64,000 nt of DNA, taken from assembly GCA_964591445.1 (NCBI GenBank), contig CAZQAW010000001.1, positions 83,010-147,009 of the forward strand, read 5' to 3'. The DNA is from an uncultured Candidatus Saccharibacteria bacterium. GTDB lineage: Bacteria > Patescibacteriota > Minisyncoccia > Phycocordibacterales > UBA9973. Of the stretch, positions 1-9,664 are shown piece after piece. Under the pieces are notes generated by a model. It did no database searches, was not told the DNA's origin, and was given only the letters and a program-made list of their open reading frames with translations. Each line of letters begins with the position of its first letter. The first letter of the stretch is position 1. Both the position numbers and the translations under genes were made by a program.

Positions 1-960
1 CGACAAGAAACGCTCGCACACAAGGCAATCGACGCTGGCGCAACGATCATCGCCGGCCATCACCCGCACGTTATCGAAGACGTAGAATACTACAAAGGCG
101 GACTTATTTTGTACAGCTTGGGCAACTACATTTTTGACCAATATTTTTCTCCTGAAACAATGGAAGGCTTGCTTGCATTCGTCACCGTCGACAAAAAAGG
201 CATCGCAAAAACAGAATTCAAAACAAGCGTGATGAATAAAAAGTATCAGCCGGAAATAGTGAAAACCGCAACCGCAAAAGGCATTTCCACACTTCCTGAC
301 TGGAGCAAAGGTTATGTGAACGAAGAAGAACCGATCACCAAAGCGCCGAGCACGTGCGAACCTGGCAACCCGGGCGCAGTTGATCCGTTCTACCTTGACG
401 TCGGACGAGATACCGCGATTCCCGTCAGCACATACGTTCCCGCAGATTTGAAACAAGTACACACAGCTTACACCGGTGGCAAAGTGATTTGCTTGCGTAA
501 AGATGCACAAGAACATATCATCGCGCTTATCGACGCTGCGAAAAAAGACGGGCTTTCGATCGTTGTTTCATCTGGCTTTCGAAGTTACGAAACACAAAAA
601 ACTATTTTGAATTATTGGCTTAACATTTCAGGCGACGACGCATATCGCCGCATCGCAAAACCTGGGCATTCTGAACATCAGCTTGGCACGGCTGTCGACT
701 TGTCTGGCGCAAGTATAAAGAACGAAAGCGCGACAGACAAATTTGAAGGAACTCCAGAAGAAATCTGGCTTGAACAAAATGCATTCAAATACGGCTTCGT
801 TCGCAGCTACCCAGAAGGCAAAGAAAGTACGACCGGCTACGCCTACGAACCATGGCACTATCGCTACGTCGGCACAACTTACGCGGAACGCATCCGCGAC
901 CTCGGCACCACCATCAACCTTTTCCTTCACGATTTGAACGATGATGAGATTGGCGGGTAA
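1..960 (+). CDS. CapA (PGA_cap metallophosphatase)-VanY/M15B D,D-carboxypeptidase fusion, 5'-truncated by the window edge
   Basis: Frame open from base 1 (IDAGATIIAGHHPHV...YSLGNYIFDQ = CapA C-terminus), followed by VanY motifs SGFRSY, PGHSEHQLGTAVD and YEPWHYRYVG. Confidence 0.85.
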   Translation, partial: RQETLAHKAIDAGATIIAGHHPHVIEDVEYYKGGLILYSLGNYIFDQYFSPETMEGLLAFVTVDKKGIAKTEFKTSVMNKKYQPEIVKTATAKGISTLPDWSKGYVNEEEPITKAPSTCEPGNPGAVDPFYLDVGRDTAIPVSTYVPADLKQVHTAYTGGKVICLRKDAQEHIIALIDAAKKDGLSIVVSSGFRSYETQKTILNYWLNISGDDAYRRIAKPGHSEHQLGTAVDLSGASIKNESATDKFEGTPEEIWLEQNAFKYGFVRSYPEGKESTTGYAYEPWHYRYVGTTYAERIRDLGTTINLFLHDLNDDEIGG

Positions 961-962
961 AT

Positions 963-997
963 AAAAAAGCGATCCGGATTTCCTGGATCGCTTTTTT
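963..997. terminator. Bidirectional intrinsic terminator
   Basis: AAAAAAGCGATCC...GGATCGCTTTTTT inverted repeat between convergent genes. Confidence 0.8.
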
Positions 998-1016
998 ATT
1001 TTTTGCTTGAATTAAT

Positions 1017-1301
1017 TTAAGATTTTAAATGTACTGGAATAAAAATCCTGTCTTGTCCTGCAACCTTGTTTTTATTAGTAACTTCTTTTAGTTCCCCAAT
1101 ACTAACAAGCCAATCTACGCAAACCATTGCGTCCCACATGTCTGATATACCGCATTTACTTATAGCACAAGCCATAGTAACAGCTCCTGATACCTTGAGG
1201 ATTTTCTTAAGACGATCTCTCATTTTAATGAGTTCTAAGACATTTTCTTCCGACTCTTTAGTAGGAAAGAATTTCTTTTTTTCAGTTTCAAATTTGTACA
1301 T
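1017..1301 (-). CDS. AT-rich hypothetical protein, possibly winged-helix-like
   Basis: ORF with likely ATG at 1301 (MYKFETEKK); TTGACA at 1354-1349 upstream. Confidence 0.55.
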   Translation of the reverse strand: MYKFETEKKKFFPTKESEENVLELIKMRDRLKKILKVSGAVTMACAISKCGISDMWDAMVCVDWLVSIGELKEVTNKNKVAGQDRIFIPVHLKS

Positions 1302-1392
1302 ATTTTTATTTTTAAATTTAAATAAAACATATAACAAAAACTATTTTATGTCAAGTGCTTATAGATTACCCATAAACACCCAAAAGTAACAT

Positions 1393-3654
1393 CTATTTCG
1401 CGAAAGCTGTTGCTTCGTCGAACTTTATAGAAAGGAGTTTGGATGCTCCGTCGGCGCCTAGAGTGACACCGTAGAGGACATTTGCTCGAGACATAGTCTC
1501 GCGGTTGTGGGTAACAACTACAAGCTGAGAATACGTTGCAAGCGTCTCGATCATGTCGCCATAGCGGCGAGAGTTTGATTCATCAAGAGCTGCGTCTGTT
1601 TCATCGAGCACCAAAAATGGCGGCGGGTTTACCTGAGAAATTGCAAACAAAAGTGCGATAGAAGTAAGAGAGCGTTCTCCACCAGAGAGCATTGTGAGTT
1701 CTTTCACTTTTTTCTGCGGTAAAGATATATTGATGTCGATACCGTGCTCGAAAGATTCTTCGCCATCTGTTTCTTCAACTTCTTCCTCCTCTTCCTCCAC
1801 CCCGGCGGACAAGCCTTTTTTCTTTTTCTTGGTTTCTACAATCACAGAGAGAAATGCCGTTCCCCCACCAAACATAAGCGCAAAGAATTTCTGGAATTGC
1901 ACGTTAATCTTTTCAATACCAGATTTGAATTCGGTATCAAGCTTGACTTTAAGCTCGCGAATAAGCGTGTCGATATCTTCCATACTTTTCGTCAAATCTT
2001 CAATTTCGCGAGACAAAAACGCATCACGCTCCGTCGCTTCTTGGTATTCTTTCATCACTTCCCCGCCGGAAGTTGCCCCCGCGTCTTCAAGCTTGATCTT
2101 GATGCGTTCAATTTTTTTATGAAGTTCGTCTTGCGAAAGCGCGTCGTCTTTCATTTCGTGCTGTTTGTATTCGAGCACGCGCGGGCCGACAAGCGCGGCA
2201 ATTTCTTTGACATCGTCCACAAAACGCACTTCTTTCTGCTTGAGCGCTTCTTCTTTCACGGCATTCATCGAAAGCGCGTTTGAAAGCTCGTTTTTCTTCA
2301 TCATGTGTTCAAAACGCGACTGATCTTTCTTGCGATTGTCTGCTTCCATATTTCGAAGCGCATCTTTATACGTCTCCACTTGTTTGTAGAGTTTATCTTC
2401 TTCAAGCGCAATCTTCTCAAGCTCGGCCACTATTTCAGCCTGCTTGCCTTTCATCTCGGCAATGAGTTCAGAGTTGATAGCTTCCACCGGTTTTGCTTCT
2501 ATGTCGTGCGGTAAAAGGTCTTGCACAATGCGACGGATATTTTCTAGATGCGGAGCGGCTTCTTTGATAGAGCCCAACCCAAGCACTTGCTCGATTTGAG
2601 AAACAACATCTCTAATGAACATTTCGATTTCTGTCTTTGTTTTTGTAACGCGTTGTATCGTTTCTGCGACAGGAGTATGTGCTTTTGATTCTTCAAATTC
2701 AATCACACCTTCAATGCGCCCAAGTTTGCGAGAAATGTCATCTTTGATCGATCGCAAGTCTCGAAGCGCTTGTTCAGTATTTTTCAAAAGTTCGTTCTTT
2801 TCTTCAACAAGCGGGTCCACACCTTCTTCCTTGTACGAAAGAGTTTCTTCAATATCTTTCAAGCTCAGAGTGAGCTTTTTCTTTTCTGTATCCAAATGTT
2901 CTTTCTCGTGAGCGATATCATGCTCTTCGCGCTTCAAATACGTGAGCGCAAGCATCTCGAGTTCGTTTCGCATTTCTTCGGCTTTCTCTATTTTTTCTAC
3001 CTGCTTTTTTAGGAATGCTATATGTGGCGCGATTTCTCTTCGGAGCGATGTCGCTTCTTTGATATTCTGCTTCGTCTTTTCCATTTTGCGTTCGCTTTCT
3101 TTCAAACGATATTGATACACTTTGAGCCCGAGCGCGTCTTCTACCATACCGCGACGATCTTTGGAAGACGCATTCAAAATGCGGTCCGCTTCGCCTTGCG
3201 AAATGATGTGGTGGCCAGAACTTCCAATATTCACGCTCGAGACAAGTTCGTGAACGTCTTTCAAGCGAACTTCTGTGCCGTTGATCAAATATTTGTTCGT
3301 ACCGTCAGCATACACTTCGCGAGAAATAGTAATTTCATCGTAGTCGAGTTTGATATTCGCGTTTGTGATAGTCGCCAAAGAAAATACTTTTTTTGTATTA
3401 TCAAAAACAATAGACACCGATGCACGCGAAAGTTTCGGCATCGACTTTGAACCTTTGAAAATCATATCTGCTCCAGACTTTCCGCGGAGCGATTTGATGG
3501 ATTGCTCACCCAAAACGAAACGGATCGATTCAACAACGTTTGATTTACCGGAACCATTCGGCCCGACAATAGAAGTAACCGGAGCATTGAAAGAAAGCGT
3601 GCTTTTCTTAGCAAAAGATTTAAATCCAGAAAGTTCAATGCTTTTTAAGTACAT
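1393..3654 (-). CDS. smc: SMC-family chromosome segregation ATPase, short form (753 aa)
   Basis: MYLKSIELSGFKSF, Walker A GPNGSGKSN, signature LSGGE, Walker B DETDAALD, coiled coils. Confidence 0.9.
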   Translation of the reverse strand: MYLKSIELSGFKSFAKKSTLSFNAPVTSIVGPNGSGKSNVVESIRFVLGEQSIKSLRGKSGADMIFKGSKSMPKLSRASVSIVFDNTKKVFSLATITNANIKLDYDEITISREVYADGTNKYLINGTEVRLKDVHELVSSVNIGSSGHHIISQGEADRILNASSKDRRGMVEDALGLKVYQYRLKESERKMEKTKQNIKEATSLRREIAPHIAFLKKQVEKIEKAEEMRNELEMLALTYLKREEHDIAHEKEHLDTEKKKLTLSLKDIEETLSYKEEGVDPLVEEKNELLKNTEQALRDLRSIKDDISRKLGRIEGVIEFEESKAHTPVAETIQRVTKTKTEIEMFIRDVVSQIEQVLGLGSIKEAAPHLENIRRIVQDLLPHDIEAKPVEAINSELIAEMKGKQAEIVAELEKIALEEDKLYKQVETYKDALRNMEADNRKKDQSRFEHMMKKNELSNALSMNAVKEEALKQKEVRFVDDVKEIAALVGPRVLEYKQHEMKDDALSQDELHKKIERIKIKLEDAGATSGGEVMKEYQEATERDAFLSREIEDLTKSMEDIDTLIRELKVKLDTEFKSGIEKINVQFQKFFALMFGGGTAFLSVIVETKKKKKGLSAGVEEEEEEVEETDGEESFEHGIDINISLPQKKVKELTMLSGGERSLTSIALLFAISQVNPPPFLVLDETDAALDESNSRRYGDMIETLATYSQLVVVTHNRETMSRANVLYGVTLGADGASKLLSIKFDEATAFAK

Positions 3655-3664
3655 AGTCTATATT

Positions 3665-4360
3665 CTAATCGAACCAGTCACGAGCCACAAGCGCTTTGCG
3701 TGCTGCTTCTTGTTCGGCTTCTTGTTTTGATTTGCCTTTGCCTGTTGCTATTTGTTCTTCGCCAAAGAAAATCGCCACAGTAAAATGTTTGTCGTGGTCA
3801 GGGCCAGACTCGGCAATGACTTTGTACGCCGGAGTTGTGCCTTCATATTCTTGCGCTTTTTCTTGCACTAAACTTTTCGAATCTCGCCACAATTTCTTTT
3901 CAACAATTTCATCGATGCGCGGGAAAAGTGAATCTGCGATGAAAGCGCGCGCGGATTCATACCCTTGATCAAGATAGAGCGCGCCGACATACGCTTCGTA
4001 TGTGTTTGCAAGAATGTATTGCCGAGCTTTACCCATGTCTTTTGCTTCGCCTTTAGACAAAAGCAAATAGTCGTTCATGCCAAGCTCGGATGCGATTTCA
4101 GAAATGATAACCGCATTCACCAGCGCGCTTCGGTACGCAGTAAGCTGGCCTTCGGGGCTATCTTGATATGTGTTGTACAAATAGTCTGTCACGACAAGTT
4201 CCAAAACCGCGTCGCCCAAAAACTCCAAGCGCTCGTTGTGAGCAAGCCCAGATTTTGGATTTTCATTGATATATGAGCGGTGAATAAATGCTTGCGTGAG
4301 AAGTTTTTTATCAGAAAAATAAATCCCTGTCTTCTCTTCAAATGCTGATGTGTCTTTCAT
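3665..4360 (-). CDS. rnc: Ribonuclease III
   Basis: HNERLEFLGDAVL signature and C-terminal dsRBD (GKSKQEAEQEAA). Confidence 0.97.
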   Translation of the reverse strand: MKDTSAFEEKTGIYFSDKKLLTQAFIHRSYINENPKSGLAHNERLEFLGDAVLELVVTDYLYNTYQDSPEGQLTAYRSALVNAVIISEIASELGMNDYLLLSKGEAKDMGKARQYILANTYEAYVGALYLDQGYESARAFIADSLFPRIDEIVEKKLWRDSKSLVQEKAQEYEGTTPAYKVIAESGPDHDKHFTVAIFFGEEQIATGKGKSKQEAEQEAARKALVARDWFD

Positions 4361-4440
4361 ATGTTGATATGAAGGAAGGATTATGAATCAACACAAGTTT
4401 CATTCACAATGCTTCATTCGTAAATACTAAATAATAATTG

Positions 4441-5352
4441 CTATTCTTTCACTTCCTGCTGCGACATGATGATCTCGATTGCTTTTGCGAAAAGCGGCAC
4501 AATGTCATCATACATTGTTAAACCAGCAATGTCTTCCATTGGAAACCACTGCGCTCCATCGAGACCTCCTGAACTTACAAGTTCAAGTTCTTGATAATGC
4601 GCTTTCGCCAAATAGTACGAAACCTGCTTGCGGATTTTTCCTTGCACCGGATGCGAAGCAATATATTCATTCTCGCCCAATTTTTCCACGATTTCAACAT
4701 CAAGACCGATCTCTTCTTTGATCTCGCGCTTGGTGCCTTCTTCGGGTGTTGGCGCATCATCGATGCCGCCCTTTGCTAAAGTCCAATATCCGAACACGTC
4801 ATGCACAAGCGCAAATTCGATCTTGCCATTGTGGTCCGCATAGACAATTGCGCTTCCCTTTTTTTCAATCGGAAAAGTTGAAGGATCTGCGTTTGGATCA
4901 AACTTTTTCTTGGTGACTTCGTCTTTGCCTGGCTCGCCGATTTCTTTGTACACAGCGCCAAGCACTCCGTTGACGAAGCGGCCGCTGTTTTCTCCACCAA
5001 AACTTTTTGCAAGTTCGATAGATTCGTTGATCGCAACTTTTGGAGGAACTTGGCTGTGGTCTCCAAACAAAAGCTCGCAAAGCCCCATGCGCAAAATGTT
5101 GCGGTCGATGATATTGATCTTGTCGATCGGCCAGTCCGGCGCAGCCTTCTCGATGATTTCATCCACAATCTTTTTCTTCTTGATAACAAGTTCAAGAAGC
5201 ATTGTGACGAATTCGGTGTCGTTCAAACCAGGGCCGAACTCTGCCATATTGCGATCCAAAATCGGGCCGATATCTGTATCGGGCTTCACATTGAAATCCC
5301 ACTCAAAGAGTGTTTGGAGAACTATTGATCTTGAAAGGTGCCTGTTTGCCAT
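4441..5352 (-). CDS. nusB: NusB fused to a C-terminal Nudix hydrolase domain
   Basis: Start MANRHLSR at 5352; DRNILR...VAINESIELAKSFG...FVNGVL; then Nudix-like box KGGIDDAPTPEEGTKREIKEEIGL. Confidence 0.9.
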   Translation of the reverse strand: MANRHLSRSIVLQTLFEWDFNVKPDTDIGPILDRNMAEFGPGLNDTEFVTMLLELVIKKKKIVDEIIEKAAPDWPIDKINIIDRNILRMGLCELLFGDHSQVPPKVAINESIELAKSFGGENSGRFVNGVLGAVYKEIGEPGKDEVTKKKFDPNADPSTFPIEKKGSAIVYADHNGKIEFALVHDVFGYWTLAKGGIDDAPTPEEGTKREIKEEIGLDVEIVEKLGENEYIASHPVQGKIRKQVSYYLAKAHYQELELVSSGGLDGAQWFPMEDIAGLTMYDDIVPLFAKAIEIIMSQQEVKE

Positions 5353-5383
5353 AGAGTGCCCCGTGGGGCGAAAGAACAAACCA

Positions 5384-5620
5384 CTAAAGAAAACTTACTT
5401 CTTCTTTACTGCTTTTGCCTGCTTTTGCCTGCTTTTTCTCTACTTTCTTTACTACGTCGATAACCTGCTTGCCCTTGTAACGGCCGGTCTTCATGTCGAC
5501 GCGGTGTCGCAAGTGCATAGAACCTGTCTCTTTGTCTGTGCCTACACGAACTGCCGCAAGCGCGTGATGGCTGCGTCGGTTTTTCGTGTGCCCATGTGTA
5601 TGTCGCATTCGTACTGTCAT
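5384..5620 (-). CDS. rpmF: 50S ribosomal protein L32 (Cys-free type)
   Basis: RHTHGHTKNRRSHHAL...HLRHRVDMKTGRYKGKQVI. Confidence 0.88.
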   Translation of the reverse strand: MTVRMRHTHGHTKNRRSHHALAAVRVGTDKETGSMHLRHRVDMKTGRYKGKQVIDVVKKVEKKQAKAGKSSKEEVSFL

Positions 5621-5663
5621 AATATGTCTACTCTACCTTATTTTGAAAAATAAATCAAATCTG

Positions 5664-5735
5664 AGCCGTCAATGAGAATCGGACTCATGGTCTCTGTCTT
5701 ACCAAGACAGTGCTTTACCACTAAGCTATGACGGC
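5664..5735 (-). tRNA. tRNA-Thr(GGT)
   Basis: Cloverleaf GCCGTCA...TGACGGC; anticodon arm CTGTC-TTGGTAA-GACAG; no encoded CCA. Confidence 0.93.
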
Positions 5736-5763
5736 ACATACAGAATGCGAAGCATACGCCCTA

Positions 5764-5814
5764 CCCCTCTCCTTTACAAGGAGAGGGTGCCCGAGGGATA
5801 CGGGCGGGTGAGGT
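5764..5814 (-). repeat. Solo copy of the DUF559-associated double-hairpin repeat
   Basis: Minus strand reads ACCTCACCC-GCCCG..CGGGC-ACCCTCTCCT-N5-AGGAGAGGGG, same layout as 16526-16576 and 16930-16979. Confidence 0.8.
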
Positions 5815-5823
5815 CTTTCAATC

Positions 5824-7083
5824 TTAAAACAATCCAACAATAACCGCAACTGCGGCCAAGCTCATAAGAAGAAATGTGATCCACCCTATTGCCGATTTCC
5901 ATGGACCACTTGCGTAATTCCCCATCACGTTTTTGTTTGAAGCAATTCTGACAATAAAATATAAAACGAACGGCGCAACAATGCCATTTCCAACAGCAGA
6001 ATAAATAAGCGCGTCGATCGGATCAATGCCAACGAAGTTTAAAATAATTCCAACAACGATCGAAAGCGCAATCACTCCATAAAACGCATATGCTTCACCA
6101 AGTTTTTTATTCAAACCGAAATTCCAGTGCATCATTTCTGAAAGCGCATACGCACTCGATCCGGCAAGCACTGGTATTGCAAGCATGCCCGTACCAATGA
6201 TGCCAACCGCAAAGAGCAGATACGCAAAATCTCCCGCAAAAGGTCGAAGTGCGCTTGCAGCATCAGCCGCAGACGCGATTGTATGGATACCCTGCATATG
6301 TAGCACTGCGCCCGAAACAGCGATGATGAAAAACATTACAACGTTTGAAACGAACATTCCGATCCACACGTCGGCATTCATATTTTTGAGATTTTGATCA
6401 ATCATGTTTTGAGTTCCTTCGCGCTCGTGCAACTCTTCTTCTTCAACTTCTTGCGACGTCTGCCAAAAGAAAAGATACGGAGAAATGGTCGTTCCAAGCA
6501 CAGCGCAGATAAGCAGCAGTTGGTCTTTTGCAAAAGTAATATGCGGAATCAGCGTGTGGCGAAAAATTTCCGACCAGTCAAACTTTATGAAAAACGCCGT
6601 TGCGATATATGACACAAGAACAAGCGCAAGGTACTTCAAATATTTCGCGTAATTTGCGTATGGGATAAACACTTGAAGCATAATACTGAGAACTCCAGCA
6701 AGGATAATAAATACATCCGGATGCACAGATGGAAATACAAGCTTCGCGGCTTCTCCTATCGCACCCAAGTCTGCACCAATGTTAAAAATATTTGTCGCAA
6801 GCAAAAGCACTGTCACTGTCATGAGCACAGGTTTTGGAAAATGTTCACGCATGTTCGCTGCCAACCCTTTTTTTGTAACGATACCAATGCGTGCACACAT
6901 TTCTTGTACCACGCCAGTAAGCGGAAATGTAAAAAGCGCAAGCCACAAAAAGCGAGTACCGTACTGGGCACCCGTTTGAGAATATGTTGCGATGCCTGAA
7001 GGATCATCGTCGGAAGCACCAACCACCAAGCCAGGCCCAAGTGTATGCCAGTATCGCTTCACGCGCTTTTTCATTTCGTCCAT
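5824..7083 (-). CDS. NRAMP-family divalent metal transporter
   Basis: LGPGL..GASDDDPSGIATYSQ and GTTISPYLFFWQ motifs; many TM helices. Confidence 0.9.
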   Translation of the reverse strand: MDEMKKRVKRYWHTLGPGLVVGASDDDPSGIATYSQTGAQYGTRFLWLALFTFPLTGVVQEMCARIGIVTKKGLAANMREHFPKPVLMTVTVLLLATNIFNIGADLGAIGEAAKLVFPSVHPDVFIILAGVLSIMLQVFIPYANYAKYLKYLALVLVSYIATAFFIKFDWSEIFRHTLIPHITFAKDQLLLICAVLGTTISPYLFFWQTSQEVEEEELHEREGTQNMIDQNLKNMNADVWIGMFVSNVVMFFIIAVSGAVLHMQGIHTIASAADAASALRPFAGDFAYLLFAVGIIGTGMLAIPVLAGSSAYALSEMMHWNFGLNKKLGEAYAFYGVIALSIVVGIILNFVGIDPIDALIYSAVGNGIVAPFVLYFIVRIASNKNVMGNYASGPWKSAIGWITFLLMSLAAVAVIVGLF

Positions 7084-7129
7084 ATTAAGTAGTGTAACCT
7101 ATCACTACACAATTTGAAACGGAAAACTT

Positions 7130-8374
7130 TTAGATAAATGTAAGCGCAGTTCCCGTTCTGTCTCCTCTACCAGTTCGGCCAATGCGGTGAATATATGTAT
7201 CGTATGTTTGTGGAATGTCGTAGTTGATGACGTGCGAAATATCTGGAATGTCGATTCCTCGCGCAGCGACGTCAGTCGCAATGACTACTTGCACGTTTCC
7301 TGTTGCAAGAGCTTTGACCGCTCGCTCACGTTCGCGATTCCGCATATCTCCATGAAGCCCGAGAGCTTTGAACCCGCGTCCAGTCAATTCTTTTTCAAGT
7401 TCGTCCACGCTTCGTTTCATTTCTCGAAAGATCAGCACTTTTTTAGATTCTGGTCGAACCAAAATATCGTGAAGCATGTCGAGTTTTTCAGATTTGTTTT
7501 TAACCCGCACCACGTCTTGGTCGATAGAGCTTGAAGTGTCGCGAGTTTTGACAGAAACGGTTGTTGGATTTTTCAAAAAGTCTGAACACAATTTTTTAAT
7601 GTCTGGAGAAAATGTCGCAGAGAAAAACAAACCTTGCTTGTCCGCTGGCATTCCGCCCAAAATAGTTCGCATGTCATCCACGAACCCCATATCAAGCATT
7701 CGATCTGCTTCGTCAAGCACGATTGAACCATACATAGAAAGTTTAATCTTCCCGCGCTTGATCAAGTCTTTCACGCGGCCAGGAGTGCCGATGACGATAT
7801 GCACACCGAGTTCAAGCTCGCGCATTTGTTTGCCAATCGGCGCGCCTCCAACACACGACACACTAAAAAGTTTCATTCCAATAGTAAAAGCACGGAATTC
7901 TTCTTCGATCTGTTGCGCAAGTTCACGAGTTGGTGCAAGCACCATCACAGAATGCTTTTTGTCAGTCAAAAGTTTGTTGATAAGCGGAAGCAAAAACGCC
8001 GCTGTTTTTCCAGTTCCCGTGTTTGCAATTCCGATCACATCTACGCCAGTCATCACAAGCGGGATAGTTTGATCTTGAATCGGCGAAGGAGTTTTATATC
8101 CTTTTACTTCAATATTTTTCACCAAACGCGCATCCAAATTGAAATCGTTGAATGTATGTTTCGCATTGTAGATTTCTTTTTCTACTTTTTTTGCTTTGTT
8201 GATAAAGAGGTTCGCGTCGATATATTCTCCGCGTCCGCGCTTTTTGGGCGCACTTTTAAAACGAGGTCGTGCCCCGACATTTCCTCTATTCCCCCCAATG
8301 CTTCCTCCACGACCAAATCGCGAAGAACGTGAGCCTCCAGCCGGTTTCGGCGAGAAGCGATTTCGTATATTCAT
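7130..8374 (-). CDS. DEAD-box RNA helicase
   Basis: TGTGKT, PTRELA, DEAD, SAT, ARGID and HRIGRTGR motifs. Confidence 0.96.
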   Translation of the reverse strand: MNIRNRFSPKPAGGSRSSRFGRGGSIGGNRGNVGARPRFKSAPKKRGRGEYIDANLFINKAKKVEKEIYNAKHTFNDFNLDARLVKNIEVKGYKTPSPIQDQTIPLVMTGVDVIGIANTGTGKTAAFLLPLINKLLTDKKHSVMVLAPTRELAQQIEEEFRAFTIGMKLFSVSCVGGAPIGKQMRELELGVHIVIGTPGRVKDLIKRGKIKLSMYGSIVLDEADRMLDMGFVDDMRTILGGMPADKQGLFFSATFSPDIKKLCSDFLKNPTTVSVKTRDTSSSIDQDVVRVKNKSEKLDMLHDILVRPESKKVLIFREMKRSVDELEKELTGRGFKALGLHGDMRNRERERAVKALATGNVQVVIATDVAARGIDIPDISHVINYDIPQTYDTYIHRIGRTGRGDRTGTALTFI

Positions 8375-8566
8375 GTGTAATTCGTCTCTGTTATATGCAA
8401 ATCATCAGAGTAGAATTGAGCCCATACACAATGACATACATAGTATTTTATTAATGTTCCTATTGTAATATATTCTTACTTTTTTGTCAAGAAACCACAA
8501 TATTCTATTATACTTTTATTATTGACTTTTTATACAAAATAAGTATAGTTAAGAAAAAAAACAAAA

Positions 8567-9112
8567 ATGAAAAAACTACTCAAAAAGACACTGGGGGCAT
8601 TATACCTCTGGCTTATTACAAGAATTAGCTCACGAGTTATAAAAACAATAGGAAAAACTAAAAAATTGTCTAAAGATAATTTTTGTGTAACTCTTAAGAA
8701 CATCAAAAACGAGACTGACGAATTTCTTCTTCAGGTGATTGAATACAATAAAAATGGAACTATACGCAAATCAGGAAAAGAAACACTTATTAATCTAAAT
8801 GAAAATGACTTTAGCACGAATTTTCTCAATAAGGATTTTAAGTACCCTGATATACTAACTGCTTTCATTGGAGGAAAGGGTGGCGATTACATACTTGAGC
8901 ATATTTACTGCAATAAAGAACATGTCTTTACACTTGAATCTTATTTGGAATACGTCAGAAAATCGCACTATGCTGAGAAGCATGAACCCGCGGTATTCAC
9001 ACTAACCAATGTTTCATTACCAAACGCTCAAATGAAAATTCTTGGGTTTAATTATACTCATTTTGATACGCAATATTTAATTAAATGGTTTCCGTTAAAA
9101 AAGACAGCCTGA
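8567..9112 (+). CDS. AT-rich hypothetical protein
   Basis: 181-aa ORF with its own promoter (TTGACT 8522, TATAGT 8544) and terminator. Confidence 0.65.
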   Translation: MKKLLKKTLGALYLWLITRISSRVIKTIGKTKKLSKDNFCVTLKNIKNETDEFLLQVIEYNKNGTIRKSGKETLINLNENDFSTNFLNKDFKYPDILTAFIGGKGGDYILEHIYCNKEHVFTLESYLEYVRKSHYAEKHEPAVFTLTNVSLPNAQMKILGFNYTHFDTQYLIKWFPLKKTA

Positions 9113-9127
9113 GTTAAAAACATTCAC

Positions 9128-9159
9128 AAAAAAGTCCTTCACGAATGAAGGACTTTTTT
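9128..9159. terminator. Bidirectional intrinsic terminator
   Basis: AAAAAAGTCCTTCA-CGAA-TGAAGGACTTTTTT. Confidence 0.8.
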
Positions 9160-9163
9160 TCTG

Positions 9164-9237
9164 CGCGATCGAGCGGATTTGAACCGCCGACCTCCCGCGT
9201 GACAGGCGGGCGCTCTAACCAGCTGAGCTACGACCGC
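9164..9237 (-). tRNA. tRNA-Asp(GTC)
   Basis: GCGGTCG...CGATCGC; anticodon arm CCCGC-CTGTCAC-GCGGG; GGTTCAAATCC T-arm. Confidence 0.95.
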
Positions 9238-9303
9238 ATAATTTTTAAAACAAAAACTGTGTCACTATTTCAAACTATCATATCAGGAAGTTATTCCCAA
9301 ATA

Positions 9304-9380
9304 TGGTGTCGGCGGGAGGAATCGAACCTCCGACCTTGGGCTTATGAGTCCCACGCTCTAACCGACTGAGCTACGCCGAC
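9304..9380 (-). tRNA. tRNA with CAT anticodon (elongator Met or Ile2)
   Basis: GTCGGCG...CGCCGAC-A-CCA; loop CTCATAA; G1:C72 paired, so not initiator. Confidence 0.9.
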
Positions 9381-9536
9381 GTAAAGCAAATAGTTTTGCT
9401 TTACGTCGATGGATGCACCACGAACGCAAGCAATGCGACGCTGTGAGGCCAAAGGCCGAACCGTCGCTTTTATTTACTTATCTACTTCTTTTCCCGACAT
9501 AGGCGACGGGTACAAGGCCTGTCACGTGCCGGAATG

Positions 9537-9607
9537 TTGCGGGGTCCGGAATCGAACCGGAGTCCTAAGGTTATGAGCCTTATGAGATGCCACTTCTCCA
9601 CCCCGCG
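9537..9607 (-). tRNA. Initiator tRNA-fMet(CAT)
   Basis: CGCGGGG 5' end with C1:A72 mismatch; anticodon arm TAAGG-CTCATAA-CCTTA. Confidence 0.88.
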
Positions 9608-9664
9608 ATCTTTCTATGAACCCTCACATTGTACTAGAAAATCTGAAAAAAGCAAGAAAAAAGC

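Noticed and set aside
1798-1816. Possible coding palindrome in smc (GLSAG)
   Set aside because: Too short and imperfect to support.
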